Assembly (NCBI GenBank): GCA_002421985.1
Contig: DISF01000043.1
Coordinates: forward strand, 4,462 to 68,461
Direction: 5' to 3'
Length of the DNA: 64,000 nt
DNA from: Roseovarius sp. UBA6217
GTDB taxonomy: Bacteria > Pseudomonadota > Alphaproteobacteria > Rhodobacterales > Rhodobacteraceae
How positions within the stretch are numbered: the stretch's first letter is position 1; each line of letters begins with the position of its first letter. The notes under the pieces were generated by a model that worked only from the letters and a program-made list of their open reading frames with translations, was not told where the DNA came from and did not search any database. The position numbers were made by a program, and so were the translations under genes. Shown piece by piece: positions 19,896 through 31,621 of this stretch.

Positions 19896-20801
19896 TCAGG
19901 TCTTGTCCTTGTCATCGTCCAGATCCTCGTCCTCATCGAACCACAGCCCCTGTGCGCGCAGCTCTGCCTCGCGCTTGCGCTCGACGCGCGAGACAAGCTG
20001 AATCGACACCTCATAAAGCCCGTAGACCACCACGAAAAGGATAAGCTGGGTGATGACATCGGGGGGCGTCACCAGCGCGGCCAGCACGAGGATGCCCACC
20101 ACCGCGTATTTGCGCACCGATTTGAGGCCACCCGCGCTCACCAGCCCGGCCTTGCCCATCAGTGTGAGCAGCACCGGCAACTGAAAGCACAGACCAAAGG
20201 CCATGATGAATTTCAGCGTGATATCAAGGCTTTCGTTGACCTTGCCGAAAAAGGTTATGCGAATGCCCTCGCTGGCGTCGGGCACCGCTGGCACAGCCTC
20301 CGAGCCGACAAGCCCGCCCATAAGATCGGCGATGATCGAGGGCACATCGGCAAATCCGAGGAAAAACGCCATCGCCAGCGGTGTCACCACGAAATGCGCA
20401 AACGACGCGCCCAAAAGGAACATCACCGGAGAGGCGATCAAAAACGGCAGGAACGCGTTCTTTTCCTGTTTATAGAGACCAGGCGCCACAAAGCGCCACA
20501 TCTGGAAGCCGATCACCGGGAAAGCCAGCGCAAAGCCGAACACCATCGAGATGCGAAACAGCGTGAACAGGTATTCCTGCGGGCTGGTATATTGCATCGT
20601 GGGCGACGGGTCGCCGAGTTCGCGCAATGTGGCCTCGATCGGGCCAAGCAGGAATTGCAGGATCGGCTCGGCCACGGTAAAGGCCAGCACGATGCCGACG
20701 GCAAAGGCCATGACCGACCGGATGAGCCGCGTGCGCAGCTCGGCCAGATGCTCGATCAGCGGCGCGGCGCTGTCTTCAAGCTCGTCATCGCCGCTGCTCA
20801 T
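19896..20801 (-). CDS. tatC: Twin-arginine translocase subunit TatC
   Basis: [33 protein letters not shown]. Confidence 0.97.
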   Translation of the reverse strand: MSSGDDELEDSAAPLIEHLAELRTRLIRSVMAFAVGIVLAFTVAEPILQFLLGPIEATLRELGDPSPTMQYTSPQEYLFTLFRISMVFGFALAFPVIGFQMWRFVAPGLYKQEKNAFLPFLIASPVMFLLGASFAHFVVTPLAMAFFLGFADVPSIIADLMGGLVGSEAVPAVPDASEGIRITFFGKVNESLDITLKFIMAFGLCFQLPVLLTLMGKAGLVSAGGLKSVRKYAVVGILVLAALVTPPDVITQLILFVVVYGLYEVSIQLVSRVERKREAELRAQGLWFDEDEDLDDDKDKT

Positions 20802-21268
20802 GCCTTGTCCCCGGTGGTGGTGTCAGCGGGGGCCGTGGCGTCCTGTTGCGCGGTCGCAGCGGGTTTCGCCTCGGCGGCCGTCCTCGCCTCGGCCTCGGCC
20901 TTGAGGCGGGCATTGGCCATCTCGGTGGTTTTCTCGCGGATCTTGTCGGCGGCGGCCTGCCGCTCGGGATCGAGCGGCGGGCGGGTCGCGCCCTCAATGT
21001 CGCGGGTCACGTCATCGGTGGTCTTCTTCAGCTCGTTCATCGCCGTTTTCATCGGGTTGGACGCGGATTTGAACGTTTTCTGAATGTCGCTCACGCCGGA
21101 TTGGTCGGCGGCGTCATTCATCGCGCGGCTGAATTCGCGCGCCATGCCCTTGGCCTTGCCGACAAACCGGCCCACCGTCCGAAACATGCCGGGCAGATCC
21201 TTGGGGCCGACGACGATCAACGCCACGATCCCGATGAGCAAAAGCTCTGTCCAGCCGAGATCGAACAT
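20798..21268 (-). CDS. tatB: Twin-arginine translocase subunit TatB
   Basis: [26 protein letters not shown]. Confidence 0.96.
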   Translation of the reverse strand: MFDLGWTELLLIGIVALIVVGPKDLPGMFRTVGRFVGKAKGMAREFSRAMNDAADQSGVSDIQKTFKSASNPMKTAMNELKKTTDDVTRDIEGATRPPLDPERQAAADKIREKTTEMANARLKAEAEARTAAEAKPAATAQQDATAPADTTTGDKA

Positions 21269-21275
21269 GGAGGTG

Positions 21276-21494
21276 TCAGACCTTGTCTTTTTCGTCCGCG
21301 GGCGTCACGTCGCGCGCGGTCTCGTCTGCCTTGGTGTCCCCAAGCTCCTTGTTGCCCTCGGCGACGCCCTTCTTGAACGAGGTAATGCCCTTGCCGACCT
21401 CTCCCATCAGCGAGGAAATCTTGCCGCGCCCAAAAAGCACGAGCACCACCACGGCGATGAGCAAAAGGCCGGGAAGGCCGATATTGTTGAGCAT
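21276..21494 (-). CDS. tatA: Twin-arginine translocase subunit TatA
   Basis: [26 protein letters not shown]. Confidence 0.96.
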   Translation of the reverse strand: MLNNIGLPGLLLIAVVVLVLFGRGKISSLMGEVGKGITSFKKGVAEGNKELGDTKADETARDVTPADEKDKV

Positions 21495-21608
21495 CTTTCT
21501 TCTCCCTGGCTCGGGGGGTGTGCCCCGAAACGATCATCTGCCTTATCTAGACATTCACTGACGCCTATGAAAGCACCAATCCGCCCCCGCCGCCACGAAT
21601 CGCCGCGT

Positions 21609-22736
21609 TCAATCGCCGCCCTGCGCCTCGGCGCGGCTCTTGCCCGACACGTTCAGCGCCAGCGTGGCGGCCATGAACGGATCGAGATCGCCGTCGAGCA
21701 CGCCCTTGGTGTCGCTGGTCTCATAGCCGGTGCGCAGATCCTTGACCATCTGGTAGGGCTGCAACACGTAAGAGCGGATCTGATTGCCCCAGCCGGCATC
21801 GCCCTTGGCGTCATGGGCCTCGTTGATGGCGGCGTTGCGGCGGTCCAGTTCCATCTGGTAGAGGCGCGATTTCAACGCCTTCATGGCGATGTCGCGGTTC
21901 TGGTGCTGCGATTTCTGGCTGCTGGTCGTGACCACGCCGGTGGGGATATGGGTGATGCGCACCGCCGAATCAGTGGTGTTGACATGCTGCCCGCCCGCGC
22001 CGGACGAGCGGTAGGTGTCGATGCGGATATCCGAGGGATTGATCTCGATCTCGATATTGTCATCCACCACCGGATAGACCCAGACCGAGGAAAAGGACGT
22101 GTGCCTTTTGGCCGCCGAATCAAAGGGTGAAATCCGCACGAGGCGATGCACGCCCGATTCGGACTTGAGCCAGCCATAGGCGTTGTGCCCGGAAATCTTG
22201 TAGGCCACCGATTTGATACCGGCCTCTTCGCCGGGTGATTCCGATTGCAATTCCACCGTATAGCCGCGCTTTTCGGCCCAGCGCACATACATCCGCGCCA
22301 GCATCGACGCCCAGTCGCAGCTCTCGGTGCCGCCGGCACCGGCGTTGATTTCAAGGAAGGTGTCATTGGCATCGGCCTCGCCATCAAGCAGCGCCTCAAG
22401 CTCCTTGGCGGCGGCGGTCTTGGCCAGCGCACGCAGCGCCTGCTCGGCCTCGGTCACGATCTCGGTATCGCCCTCGGCCTCGCCCATCTCGATCAACTCA
22501 AGCTGATCGCGCAAGTCCTGCTGGATGGAATCATGCGTGCCCAGCGCATCCACCAGCGCCTGCCGCTCGCGCATGAGCTTTTGTGCCGCCGCCGGATCGT
22601 CCCAGAGCGTCGGATCCTCGACGCGGGCGTTGAATTCCTCGAGCCGGTGGCGCGCGGTCTCCCATCCCATCCGCTGGCGCAACAGGTCCAGCGATTTCTC
22701 GATTTCGGTCACGAGGGTCTGGGTTTCGGCGCGCAT
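21609..22736 (-). CDS. prfB: Peptide chain release factor 2 (single uninterrupted frame)
   Basis: GAGGTES, SPF stop-codon recognition motif, [13 protein letters not shown]. Confidence 0.96.
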   Translation of the reverse strand: MRAETQTLVTEIEKSLDLLRQRMGWETARHRLEEFNARVEDPTLWDDPAAAQKLMRERQALVDALGTHDSIQQDLRDQLELIEMGEAEGDTEIVTEAEQALRALAKTAAAKELEALLDGEADANDTFLEINAGAGGTESCDWASMLARMYVRWAEKRGYTVELQSESPGEEAGIKSVAYKISGHNAYGWLKSESGVHRLVRISPFDSAAKRHTSFSSVWVYPVVDDNIEIEINPSDIRIDTYRSSGAGGQHVNTTDSAVRITHIPTGVVTTSSQKSQHQNRDIAMKALKSRLYQMELDRRNAAINEAHDAKGDAGWGNQIRSYVLQPYQMVKDLRTGYETSDTKGVLDGDLDPFMAATLALNVSGKSRAEAQGGD

Positions 22737-22889
22737 GTCACTCTTTCCAAGGCTTTGAATGCGCCTGATAGCCCAGCACGCCGCGCTGAACAAGATCGAG
22801 CGCGCACTCCCGGCCCGGCGGCGCGACTTGCGATCCGGGCGGCAAGGATTACGTTGACGGGTGACCAATTCCCCAAAAGAGGCCCGCGC

Positions 22890-24311
22890 ATGACCCTGCA
22901 CCTGCCGTTCGACAACAGCTATGCGCGCCTGCCCGACCGGTTCTATACCCGCCAGGCTGCCGCGCCGGTGCGCGCGCCGCGCCTGATCGCGTGGAACGAC
23001 GCGCTGGCCGATGAGCTTGGTATCACCGGCGGGGATGAGGCGGTGCGCGCGCGGATATTTTCCGGCAACGAGGTGCCAGAGGGTGCCGCGCCGCTGGCGC
23101 AGGTCTATGCCGGGCATCAGTTCGGCGGCTTCTCGCCACAGCTTGGCGACGGGCGGGCGCTGCTTCTGGGCGAGGTGGTGGACAGCAAAGGCCAGCGCCG
23201 CGATATCCAGCTCAAGGGCTCTGGCCCCACGCCTTATTCGCGTATGGGCGACGGGCGCGCCTGGCTTGGCCCGGTGCTGCGCGAATATGTGATGTCGGAG
23301 GCGATGCACGGGCTTGGCATCCCCACCACCCGCGCGCTTGCCGCCGTTGAGACCGGCGAGCCGGTCTGGCGCGAGGCGGGCGCGCGGCCCGGTGCGGTGC
23401 TGACGCGGGTGGCGGCCAGCCATATCCGCGTCGGCACATTCCAGTATTTCGCCGCGCGCCGCGATCTCGACGGGCTGCGCGCGCTCTATGGATATACCGT
23501 GGCGCGGCATTATCCGCATGTGGAGACGCCCGCGCAGTTGCTGTCAGAGGTGATCGACCGGCAGGCGCGGCTTGTGGCGCAATGGCTCTCGGTCGGGTTC
23601 ATCCACGGGGTGATGAACACCGACAACACCGCCATATCGGGCGAGACGATAGATTACGGCCCCTGCGCCTTTATGGATACCTATCACCCGGTGACGGTCT
23701 ATAGCTCGATCGACGCGCAGGGCCGCTATGCCTATGACAATCAGGCGCGGGTGATCGTGTGGAACATGGCGCAACTGGCCACCGCGCTGGTGCCGCTCAT
23801 GCCCGACAGCGACGCGGCGGTCGAGGAATTCACCGCGCTTGTCCACGCCATGCCCGAGCGGATCGAGACCGCGCGGCGGCGGGCATTCTGCGCCAAGATC
23901 GGCATCGCCGAGGCCGGGCCGGAGGAGGCCGCGCTGGTCGATGACCTGCTGGCGCGCATGGCCGGGGGGCGGGCGGATTTCACCAACACCTTCCGCGCGC
24001 TGGCCACGGGGCGCGCGCGCGATGAGTTCCTCGACCCGGCGGCTTTTGACGCGTGGGAAGAGGGCTGGCGCGCGCGGATTGCCCGCGAACGCGATCCGCA
24101 GGCGGTGATGCGCGCGGCCAACCCCGCGATCATCCCGCGCAACCACCGGATGGAGCAGATGATCGAGGCGGCAGTGGAGGGCGACCTCACCCCGTTCGAG
24201 CGCCTTCTTGATGTTCTGGCGCGTCCCTTTGACGACCAGCCCGAGGCCGAAGACCTGCGCCGCCCCCCTGCCCCGTCCGAAGTGGTGCGCGCCACGTTCT
24301 GCGGGACGTGA
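22890..24311 (+). CDS. selO: SelO/YdiU family protein adenylyltransferase
   Basis: [40 protein letters not shown]-terminal TFCGT. Confidence 0.93.
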   Translation: MTLHLPFDNSYARLPDRFYTRQAAAPVRAPRLIAWNDALADELGITGGDEAVRARIFSGNEVPEGAAPLAQVYAGHQFGGFSPQLGDGRALLLGEVVDSKGQRRDIQLKGSGPTPYSRMGDGRAWLGPVLREYVMSEAMHGLGIPTTRALAAVETGEPVWREAGARPGAVLTRVAASHIRVGTFQYFAARRDLDGLRALYGYTVARHYPHVETPAQLLSEVIDRQARLVAQWLSVGFIHGVMNTDNTAISGETIDYGPCAFMDTYHPVTVYSSIDAQGRYAYDNQARVIVWNMAQLATALVPLMPDSDAAVEEFTALVHAMPERIETARRRAFCAKIGIAEAGPEEAALVDDLLARMAGGRADFTNTFRALATGRARDEFLDPAAFDAWEEGWRARIARERDPQAVMRAANPAIIPRNHRMEQMIEAAVEGDLTPFERLLDVLARPFDDQPEAEDLRRPPAPSEVVRATFCGT

Positions 24312-24369
24312 ACGCCTGCAAGAGCGCGCGCCTTCATCCGACGAGATGCCGATTAATATCGTGTAAATA

Positions 24370-24453
24370 TGGTGCGGGTGGTCGGACTCGAACCGACACT
24401 CCTTGCGGAAAGGGTGTTTGAGACCCTCGCGTCTACCATTCCGCCACACCCGC
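24370..24453 (-). tRNA. tRNA-Leu (anticodon CAA)
   Basis: Minus strand GCGGGTG acceptor, AGGGT-CTCAAAC-ACCCT anticodon arm, long variable arm, TTCGAGT T-loop, CCA. Confidence 0.93.
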
Positions 24454-24573
24454 GCCTGACCTGTCTCTAGCCGAGCGCGCGGCGCGCGTCCAGAGGGCGC
24501 GTGCGCGTCGAAAACGCTTGACCGCGATGGGGGTCCATGCTGTTTCGCGCCATCATCTAGCCGGGGATTGCCG

Positions 24574-25152
24574 ATGCTGCGCGCGCTTTACGACTGGACC
24601 ATCCGCATGGCCGATCATCCACGCGCGCTTTGGGTGCTGGCCGTCATCGCCTTCGCCGAAAGCTCGGTTTTCCCGATCCCGCCCGATGTGCTGATGATCC
24701 CGATGATCCTCGCGCGGCCCTCAAAGGCCTGGCTTATCGCCGGGGTGGCGCTGGTCTCGTCGGTGTTGGGCGGGATGCTGGGGTATGCCATCGGTGCCTT
24801 TGCCTATGAGAGCATCGGCCAGCCGATCCTTGCCGCGCTGGGCAAGGGCGATGCGATGGCCGCCTTCAACACCCGCTTCAACGATTTCGGCTTCTGGGCG
24901 GTGCTGACGGCGGGGGTCACGCCCTTTCCCTACAAGGTCATCACCATCATGTCGGGCTGGACGGGGATGCCGATTGGCACCTTCGTTGCCACCTCGATTC
25001 TCGCGCGGGCGTTGCGATTCTTTCTCGTGGCTTGGCTGCTGTGGAAATTCGGTGCGCCGATTCGCGATTTCATCGAGCGGCGGCTTGGCCTGCTGACCAT
25101 CGTTTTCGTCGTGCTGCTGTTTGGCGGCTTTTATCTGACAAGATATCTGTGA
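24574..25152 (+). CDS. YqaA family (DedA/VTT domain) membrane protein
   Basis: AFAESSVFPIPPD, AGVTPFPYKV, RALRFF. Confidence 0.9.
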   Translation: MLRALYDWTIRMADHPRALWVLAVIAFAESSVFPIPPDVLMIPMILARPSKAWLIAGVALVSSVLGGMLGYAIGAFAYESIGQPILAALGKGDAMAAFNTRFNDFGFWAVLTAGVTPFPYKVITIMSGWTGMPIGTFVATSILARALRFFLVAWLLWKFGAPIRDFIERRLGLLTIVFVVLLFGGFYLTRYL

Positions 25153-25156
25153 TCGC

Positions 25157-25618
25157 ATGACCCGGCAAAAGACGCTCATCATGCTTGCCGCCGCAGGCTC
25201 TGCCGCGCTGCTGCTGGGGGCTTTTGCCTTTCAGCACCTGGGCGGCATGGCCCCGTGCAAGCTCTGCCTCTGGCAGCGCTGGCCGCATGGTGTGGCCATT
25301 GGCGCAGGCGCGCTTGCCTTCGTGGCCTGGCCCGCGCTCATGGCGCTGCTGGGGGCGGGGGCGGCGCTCGTGACCGCCGGGATCGGTTTCTATCATACCG
25401 GCGTCGAGCGCGGCTGGTGGCAGGGGCCATCGGGGTGCAGCGGCAGCCCCATCGGCGGGATGAGCGCCGAAGACCTGCTCGATCAGATCATGGCCGCGCC
25501 GCTGGTGCGCTGCGACGAGGTGCCGTGGGAAATGTGGGGCCTGTCGATGGCAAGCTGGAACATGCTGGCCTCGCTTGGCCTTGCGCTGCTGTGGATCATG
25601 GCGCTGCGCGCGCGGTGA
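25157..25618 (+). CDS. dsbB: Disulfide bond formation protein DsbB family
   Basis: PCKLCLWQR, second Cys pair GCSG/RCDE, 4 TM. Confidence 0.85.
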   Translation: MTRQKTLIMLAAAGSAALLLGAFAFQHLGGMAPCKLCLWQRWPHGVAIGAGALAFVAWPALMALLGAGAALVTAGIGFYHTGVERGWWQGPSGCSGSPIGGMSAEDLLDQIMAAPLVRCDEVPWEMWGLSMASWNMLASLGLALLWIMALRAR

Positions 25619-25639
25619 TCCGGGCGGCCCCATGAGAGA

Positions 25640-25665
25640 GGCCGCGCCCCTTTCGGAACGCGGCC
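25640..25665. terminator. Hairpin between convergent dsbB and ndk
   Basis: GGCCGCG...CGCGGCC 7-bp stem. Confidence 0.35.
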
Positions 25666-25688
25666 CCGCAACATAGCCCTGTGACGGC

Positions 25689-26111
25689 TCAGCCGACCAG
25701 TTCGAGACCCGAGAAGAAATAGGCGATTTCCGCCGCCGCCGTCTCGGGCGCGTCCGAGCCGTGAACCGAGTTTTCGCCGACGGATTCGGCAAATTCCGCG
25801 CGGATCGTGCCGGGGGCGGCGTCTGCGGGGTTGGTCGCGCCCATCACTTCGCGGTTCCTCGCAATCGCGCCCTCGCCTTCGAGCACCTGCACCACCACCG
25901 GCGCGCTGGCCATGAACTCGCACAGCTCGCCATAGAACGGGCGCTCCTTGTGGACGGCATAGAAAGTGCCTGCCTGCGCCAGGGTCATCTGGATGCGCTT
26001 TTGCGCGATGATGCGAAGCCCGGCATCCTCGAACTTGGCGTTGATCTTGCCGGTGAGGTTGCGCCTTGTGGCGTCGGGTTTGATAATGCTCAGCGTGCGT
26101 TCCACAGCCAT
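25689..26111 (-). CDS. ndk: Nucleoside diphosphate kinase
   Basis: [18 protein letters not shown]. Confidence 0.98.
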   Translation of the reverse strand: MAVERTLSIIKPDATRRNLTGKINAKFEDAGLRIIAQKRIQMTLAQAGTFYAVHKERPFYGELCEFMASAPVVVQVLEGEGAIARNREVMGATNPADAAPGTIRAEFAESVGENSVHGSDAPETAAAEIAYFFSGLELVG

Positions 26112-26244
26112 TTAAGCCTCTTCATATCAGGGTGATACCGCCGGGAACGGCCCCGCACGGCGTGATTGCGGCCCCGATAGCATGGTGCCCCGGCGTTGAA
26201 AAGCCGCGATTGACGCCGCCCCCCGCTTGGGGCATCCCCCCCCC

Positions 26245-28092
26245 ATGTTAAGCATCGACGATATCACCTATGCCATCGCGGGCCACCGCCTGTTCGAGAA
26301 CGCCTCTGCCCTCATCCCCGAGGGCCACAAGGTGGGGATCGTCGGGCGCAATGGCACCGGCAAGACCACGCTCTTTCGCCTCATCCGGGGCGAATTGTCG
26401 CTTGAGGGCGGGCGCATCTCGCTGCCTGCGCGCGCGCGCATCGGCGGCGTCGCGCAAGAGGTGCCGGGAAGCGATGTGTCGCTGCTCGATACTGTCTTGA
26501 GCTTTGACACGGAACGCACTGATCTGCTTGAGAAATCCACAACCGAGACCGATGGCACCCGGATTGCCGAGATCCAGACGCGCCTTGCCGATATCGACGC
26601 ATGGAGCGCCGAGGCGCGCGCCAGCGCCATCCTCAAGGGGCTGGGCTTTACCGACGAGGAGCAGGCCATGCCCTGCTCGGCCTTCTCGGGCGGCTGGCGG
26701 ATGCGGGTGGCGCTGGCGGGGGTGCTCTTTGCCGCGCCGGACCTTCTGTTGCTCGACGAGCCGACCAACTATCTCGATCTCGAGGGCGCGCTGTGGCTCG
26801 AGACCTATCTCGCGCGCTATCCGCATACGGTGCTGATCATCAGCCATGATCGGGGGCTTCTCAACCGCGCGGTCGGCGCGATCCTGCACCTGGAGGATCG
26901 CAAACTCACGCTTTATCAAGGCGGCTATGACAAGTTTGCCGAGACCCGCGCCGCCCGCCTCGCCGCCGCACAGTCGCAGGCGAAAAAGCAGGAGCAACGC
27001 CGCGCGCATCTGCAATCCTACGTGGACCGCTTCCGCTACAAGGCCGACAAGGCGCGCCAGGCGCAGGCGCGGATCAAGGCGCTGGCGCGGATGCAGCCCA
27101 TCTCGGCCCCGCAAGAGGCGGCACTGCGGCGGTTCACCTTTCCCGCGCCGGAGGAGTTGTCGCCGCCCATCCTGCGGCTGGAGGGGGCGGCCGTGGGCTA
27201 TGACGGTGCGGCCGTCCTCCGCCGGCTTGACCTGCGCATAGATCAGGATGACCGGATCGCGCTTCTGGGCCGTAATGGCGAGGGAAAATCAACCCTTTCC
27301 AAGCTGTTGGCTGGCAAACTTGATGTTCTTGAGGGCCGCGTCACCAAGGCCGCCAAGCTGCGCGTGGGCTATTTCGCGCAGCATCAGGTGGACGAGTTGC
27401 ATATCGACGAAACCCCGCTCGATCACATCCGGCGGATGCGCCCGACCGAGACGCCGCCGCGCCTGCGCGCGCGGCTTGCGGGCTTTGGGATCGGCCCGCA
27501 ACAGGCTGAAACCACGGTGAAAAACCTGTCCGGCGGGCAAAAAGCGCGGCTGTCGCTGATGCTGGCCACGGTGGATGCGCCGCATATGCTCATCCTCGAC
27601 GAGCCGACCAACCACCTCGATATCGAGAGCCGCGAGGCGCTGGTGGAGGCGCTGACCGCCTATACCGGCGCGATCATCCTGGTGAGCCATGACATGCACC
27701 TGCTGAGCCTCGTCGCAGACCGGCTCTGGCTGGTCAAGGATGGCACGGTGACGCCCTATGACGGCGATCTGGAGAGCTATCGCGCGCTGCTCCTGAAACC
27801 TGCGGATAACATGAAGAAGGCCCCGCAAAAGCCTGCAAAGAAAGCGAAAACATATTCCCGCGACGAGATCGCCAAGCTGCGCCAGGAGGTCCGCACCTGC
27901 GAGGCACGGGTGGACAAGCTGATGGCGATGGAAGGCAAGGTCGCCGCCAAGCTGGCCGACCCGGATGTCTATGAAGACCCCGGCACCCTCGCGACATGGC
28001 AGCGCAAATATGCCGAGATCGAGGACGGCATCATCCGCGCCGAGACGCTCTGGGAAGAGGCCCTTGCGCGGCTGGAAAAGGCCGGGGGCTGA
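26245..28092 (+). CDS. ABC-F family ATPase (YheS/Uup-like)
   Basis: Two Walker A (GRNGTGKT, GRNGEGKS), FSGGWRMR/LSGGQK, LDEPTN twice, no TM segments. Confidence 0.93.
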   Translation: MLSIDDITYAIAGHRLFENASALIPEGHKVGIVGRNGTGKTTLFRLIRGELSLEGGRISLPARARIGGVAQEVPGSDVSLLDTVLSFDTERTDLLEKSTTETDGTRIAEIQTRLADIDAWSAEARASAILKGLGFTDEEQAMPCSAFSGGWRMRVALAGVLFAAPDLLLLDEPTNYLDLEGALWLETYLARYPHTVLIISHDRGLLNRAVGAILHLEDRKLTLYQGGYDKFAETRAARLAAAQSQAKKQEQRRAHLQSYVDRFRYKADKARQAQARIKALARMQPISAPQEAALRRFTFPAPEELSPPILRLEGAAVGYDGAAVLRRLDLRIDQDDRIALLGRNGEGKSTLSKLLAGKLDVLEGRVTKAAKLRVGYFAQHQVDELHIDETPLDHIRRMRPTETPPRLRARLAGFGIGPQQAETTVKNLSGGQKARLSLMLATVDAPHMLILDEPTNHLDIESREALVEALTAYTGAIILVSHDMHLLSLVADRLWLVKDGTVTPYDGDLESYRALLLKPADNMKKAPQKPAKKAKTYSRDEIAKLRQEVRTCEARVDKLMAMEGKVAAKLADPDVYEDPGTLATWQRKYAEIEDGIIRAETLWEEALARLEKAGG

Positions 28093-28232
28093 GCCGCGCG
28101 CGGCAACAGCACGCCCCTCCCGACCACGGTGCCGCAGGCCGCATCCGGTCCGTTAGCGCCACCACGATTGCGCGCCCCGCGCCGCTCGCCTAAGAGGGCG
28201 GAAACCATCAGGGACACGAGGGAATCCGAGCC

Positions 28233-29126
28233 ATGTCAAAGGCCGCGCAGAAAGAGAAAATCGCCACCGGTGCGGGCTTCATCGCCGCGCTCGATCAGTC
28301 CGGCGGCTCGACCCCCAAGGCGCTGCGCCTCTACGGTATCACCGAGGATCAATACGCCTCCGAGGCCGAGATGTTCGATCTTGTCCACGCGATGCGCGCG
28401 CGCATCGCGCAGGCCCCGGCCTTTAGCGGTGACAAGGTGATCGGCGCGATCCTCTTCGAGATGACGATGGATCGCGAGATCGCGGGGATGCCCTCGGCGC
28501 GCTACCTGTGGCAGGAACGCGGGGTGGTGCCCTTTCTCAAGGTCGACAAGGGGCTGGCAGACCCCAAAAACGGCGTGCGCCTGATGAAGCCGATGCCCGA
28601 TCTCGACGCGCTTTTGAGCCGCGCCACCGAGGCGGGAATTTTCGGCACCAAGATGCGCTCGGTCATCGACGCCGCCAACCCGGCGGGGATCGCGGCCAAC
28701 GTGGCGCAGCAATTCGAGCTGGGCCGCCAGATCCTTGGCCACGGCCTCGTGCCGATCATCGAGCCGGAGGTGACCATTTCCATCGCCGACAAGGCCGCAG
28801 CAGAGGATATGCTTCTGGCCAGCCTCAAGACCCATCTCGACAGCTTGCCCGAGGGCCAGGAGGTGATGCTCAAGCTCACCCTGCCCGAGGTGGCCAATCT
28901 CTATGCGCCGCTGGTGGATCACCCCCGCGTGCTGCGCGTTGTGGCGCTCTCGGGCGGCTATAGCCGTGAAGAGGCCAACGCCCGGCTGGCGCAGAATCGC
29001 GGCGTGATCGCCAGCTTTTCACGCGCGCTGACCGAGGGGCTTTCGGCCCAGCAGTCGGATGCCGAGTTCAACGCAACGCTCGCCGCCGCCATCGACAGCA
29101 TCCGCGCGGCCTCGGTCGCGGGCTGA
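28233..29126 (+). CDS. Fructose-bisphosphate aldolase class I (bacterial type)
   Basis: [40 protein letters not shown]. Confidence 0.92.
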   Translation: MSKAAQKEKIATGAGFIAALDQSGGSTPKALRLYGITEDQYASEAEMFDLVHAMRARIAQAPAFSGDKVIGAILFEMTMDREIAGMPSARYLWQERGVVPFLKVDKGLADPKNGVRLMKPMPDLDALLSRATEAGIFGTKMRSVIDAANPAGIAANVAQQFELGRQILGHGLVPIIEPEVTISIADKAAAEDMLLASLKTHLDSLPEGQEVMLKLTLPEVANLYAPLVDHPRVLRVVALSGGYSREEANARLAQNRGVIASFSRALTEGLSAQQSDAEFNATLAAAIDSIRAASVAG

Positions 29127-29129
29127 GCC

Positions 29130-29375
29130 TCACCCCCCCTGCAAACGCTTCAAGAGCACCACCTCGCTGTCGGGCGTAATCGGCGTGAACCAGCTATCGT
29201 TGTAGATGCGCCCGTCGATCGAGACCGAGACGCCGCGCGACAATTCGGGCCGCAATCCGGGGTGGTCGCGCGCCAGACCGTCGAGCAACTCGCGCAGGGT
29301 GGTGGCCTCCACCGCCACCTCGCGCGCGCCGCCTGCCAGATCGGCAAGCGACCCCCAGAGCAGCACCTTGACCAT
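29130..29375 (-). CDS. MoaD/ThiS-like ubiquitin-fold sulfur carrier
   Basis: 81 aa, ends in GG, last gene of the Mo-hydroxylase operon. Confidence 0.8.
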   Translation of the reverse strand: MVKVLLWGSLADLAGGAREVAVEATTLRELLDGLARDHPGLRPELSRGVSVSIDGRIYNDSWFTPITPDSEVVLLKRLQGG

Positions 29376-31621
29376 CAGCCCCCCGCTTGGATCGCCGCCA
29401 GCACGCGCGGCGGCGACATCGGCAATTGCACCATCCGCACCCCCGCCGCCGCCGACACCGCATTGGCCACCGCCGCGAGCGGCGGCACGATCGAGGTCTC
29501 GCCCACCCCGCGCACGCCGTAGGGGTGGCCGGGATTGGGAATCTCCAGAATGACCGTGTCGATCATCGGCAGGTCAGAGGCCACCGGGATGCGGTAATCG
29601 AGGAAGCCCGCGTTTTGCAGGATACCATCCTCGCCATAGATATATTCCTCGTTGAGCGCCCAGCCGATCCCCTGCGCGGCACCGCCCTGAAACTGCCCTT
29701 CGACATAAGAGGGATGCACCGCCTTGCCGGCATCCTGAAACACCGTGTAGCGCAGGATTTTCGTGGCCCCGGTCTCGGGGTCCACCTCGACATCGGCCAT
29801 ATGGGTGGCAAAACTCACCCCCGCCCCCTGAGCGGTCACCTCGTGGTGGCCTGCAATCGGCCCGCCGGTCTTGCTGGCCACGGCGGCGATCTCCTTGATG
29901 GTCATGGGCGGGAATTTCCCGGCATTGGGGCCAGCGGGGCGCGCGGCCCCGTCTTCCCAGTCCACGGCCTCCTCGTCGATGCCCCAGATCTTTGCCGCGC
30001 GGCGGCACATCTCGCGCTTGGCGGATCGCGCCGCCTCGATCGTGGCCAGCCCCACCGCGAATGTCACGCGAGAGCCATGCGTCACCTCGTTCTGCCCCAG
30101 CGACCCGGTATCGGCAATCACCGTGCGCACCTGATCATAGGGGATGCCCAGTTCCTCGGCGGCCATCATCGTCATCGAGGCGCGCGAGCCGCCGATATCG
30201 GGGTTGCCCTCGGAGACCGTGACCGTGCCGTCAGGCGTGATGTTGAGCGAGACGCAGGTATCGCCGCCGAAATTGAACCAGAAGCCGCAGGCGACCCCCC
30301 GGCCCTGATGCTTGCCAAGGGGTGCGGTCCAGTGCGGATGCGCTTTTGCGGCCTCCAGCGTGGCCTTGAGGCCTATCGCCGGATAGGTCGGCCCGTAAGA
30401 GGATTTCGTGCCCTTATCCGCGGCGTTCATCAGACGCACCGCCAGCGGATCAAGGCCAAAGCCCCGGGCCAGCTCGTCAATCGCGCTTTCAATCGCAAAG
30501 GCCGCCATCGGCGCGCCGGGGGCGCGATAGGCCGCCGCCTTTGGGCGGTTCGTCACCACATCCCAGCCCACGGTCTTGACGTTTTCCAGATCATAGGGCG
30601 CAAAGCCCGACATCGCCCCCATATTCACCGGCGAGCCGGGCCAGGCCCCGCCCTGATAGCGCAATTCGGCAAAACCGGCTGTGATGCGGCCCTCCTTCGT
30701 CATGCCGATCTTGACATCAATCGAGGTCGAGGCGGTCGGCCCCGTGGCGCGCAGCACTTCCGAGCGGCTCATCACCATCTTGACCGGGCGACCCGATTTG
30801 CGGGCCAGCATCAACGCCACCGGCTCAAGGAACACGGTCGTCTTGCCGCCGAACCCGCCACCGATTTCGCTGGCCGTCACCCGCAATTGCCCCTGCTCCA
30901 GCCCCAGAATGGCGGCGCAGGTGTTGCGCACCATGTAATGCCCCTGCGTGCAGACCCAGAGATCGCCCTGCCCGTCCGCGCCCATTGTCGCAAGGCAGGC
31001 ATGGGGTTCGATATAGCCCTGATGGGTCGCTGCCGTGCGGTAGGTGCGCTCGAGCACACGGTCGGCCTTCGCCAGCCCGGCCTCGATATCGCCATGCCCG
31101 AATTCCGCCCGCGCGATCACGTTTTGGGACATGCCCGGCGGCACCGTCTCCTCTTGCCGCCCCTCGTGGAGCACCGGCGCATCGGGCTTCATGGCCTCGT
31201 CCACATCCGTCACATGCGGCAGAACCTCATAGTCCACCTCGATGAGCCTCAGCGCCTGCCGCGCCACGGCGGGCGAAATGGCGGCCACGGCGGCAATGGC
31301 GTGGCCATCGTAAAGCGCCTTCTCGCCCGCCATGCAGTTCTCCATGATAACGGCGACATGATCGGGCACGGTGCCGAAATCGGCGCGCGTGACCACCGCC
31401 TTGACGCCGGCAAGGGCCTCGGCCTTTGACGTGTCAATCCGCTTGATCCGCGCATGGGCATGAGGCGAGCGCAGGATACGCCCCGTGAGCATCCCCGGCG
31501 CTACCATATCGGCCCCGAAACGCGCGCGCCCCGTTACCTTGTCGATGCCGTCGGGCCGGTCGGGGCGCGTGCCCACCACCTTGAAGACACGGGGTTTCTT
31601 GCTGTCATCAAGCGCCATCAC
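29375..31621 (-). CDS. Xanthine oxidase family molybdenum hydroxylase, large (Moco) subunit
   Basis: GGGFGGK, AYRAPG, EGQFQGG, GVRGVGE. Confidence 0.92.
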   Translation of the reverse strand: MMALDDSKKPRVFKVVGTRPDRPDGIDKVTGRARFGADMVAPGMLTGRILRSPHAHARIKRIDTSKAEALAGVKAVVTRADFGTVPDHVAVIMENCMAGEKALYDGHAIAAVAAISPAVARQALRLIEVDYEVLPHVTDVDEAMKPDAPVLHEGRQEETVPPGMSQNVIARAEFGHGDIEAGLAKADRVLERTYRTAATHQGYIEPHACLATMGADGQGDLWVCTQGHYMVRNTCAAILGLEQGQLRVTASEIGGGFGGKTTVFLEPVALMLARKSGRPVKMVMSRSEVLRATGPTASTSIDVKIGMTKEGRITAGFAELRYQGGAWPGSPVNMGAMSGFAPYDLENVKTVGWDVVTNRPKAAAYRAPGAPMAAFAIESAIDELARGFGLDPLAVRLMNAADKGTKSSYGPTYPAIGLKATLEAAKAHPHWTAPLGKHQGRGVACGFWFNFGGDTCVSLNITPDGTVTVSEGNPDIGGSRASMTMMAAEELGIPYDQVRTVIADTGSLGQNEVTHGSRVTFAVGLATIEAARSAKREMCRRAAKIWGIDEEAVDWEDGAARPAGPNAGKFPPMTIKEIAAVASKTGGPIAGHHEVTAQGAGVSFATHMADVEVDPETGATKILRYTVFQDAGKAVHPSYVEGQFQGGAAQGIGWALNEEYIYGEDGILQNAGFLDYRIPVASDLPMIDTVILEIPNPGHPYGVRGVGETSIVPPLAAVANAVSAAAGVRMVQLPMSPPRVLAAIQAGG

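Noticed and set aside
28090-28100. TGAGCCGCGCG at the ABC-F stop as a fifth repeat copy
   Set aside because: Only an 11-mer with no upstream GATGCG/TCGA match; plausible by chance at this GC content.
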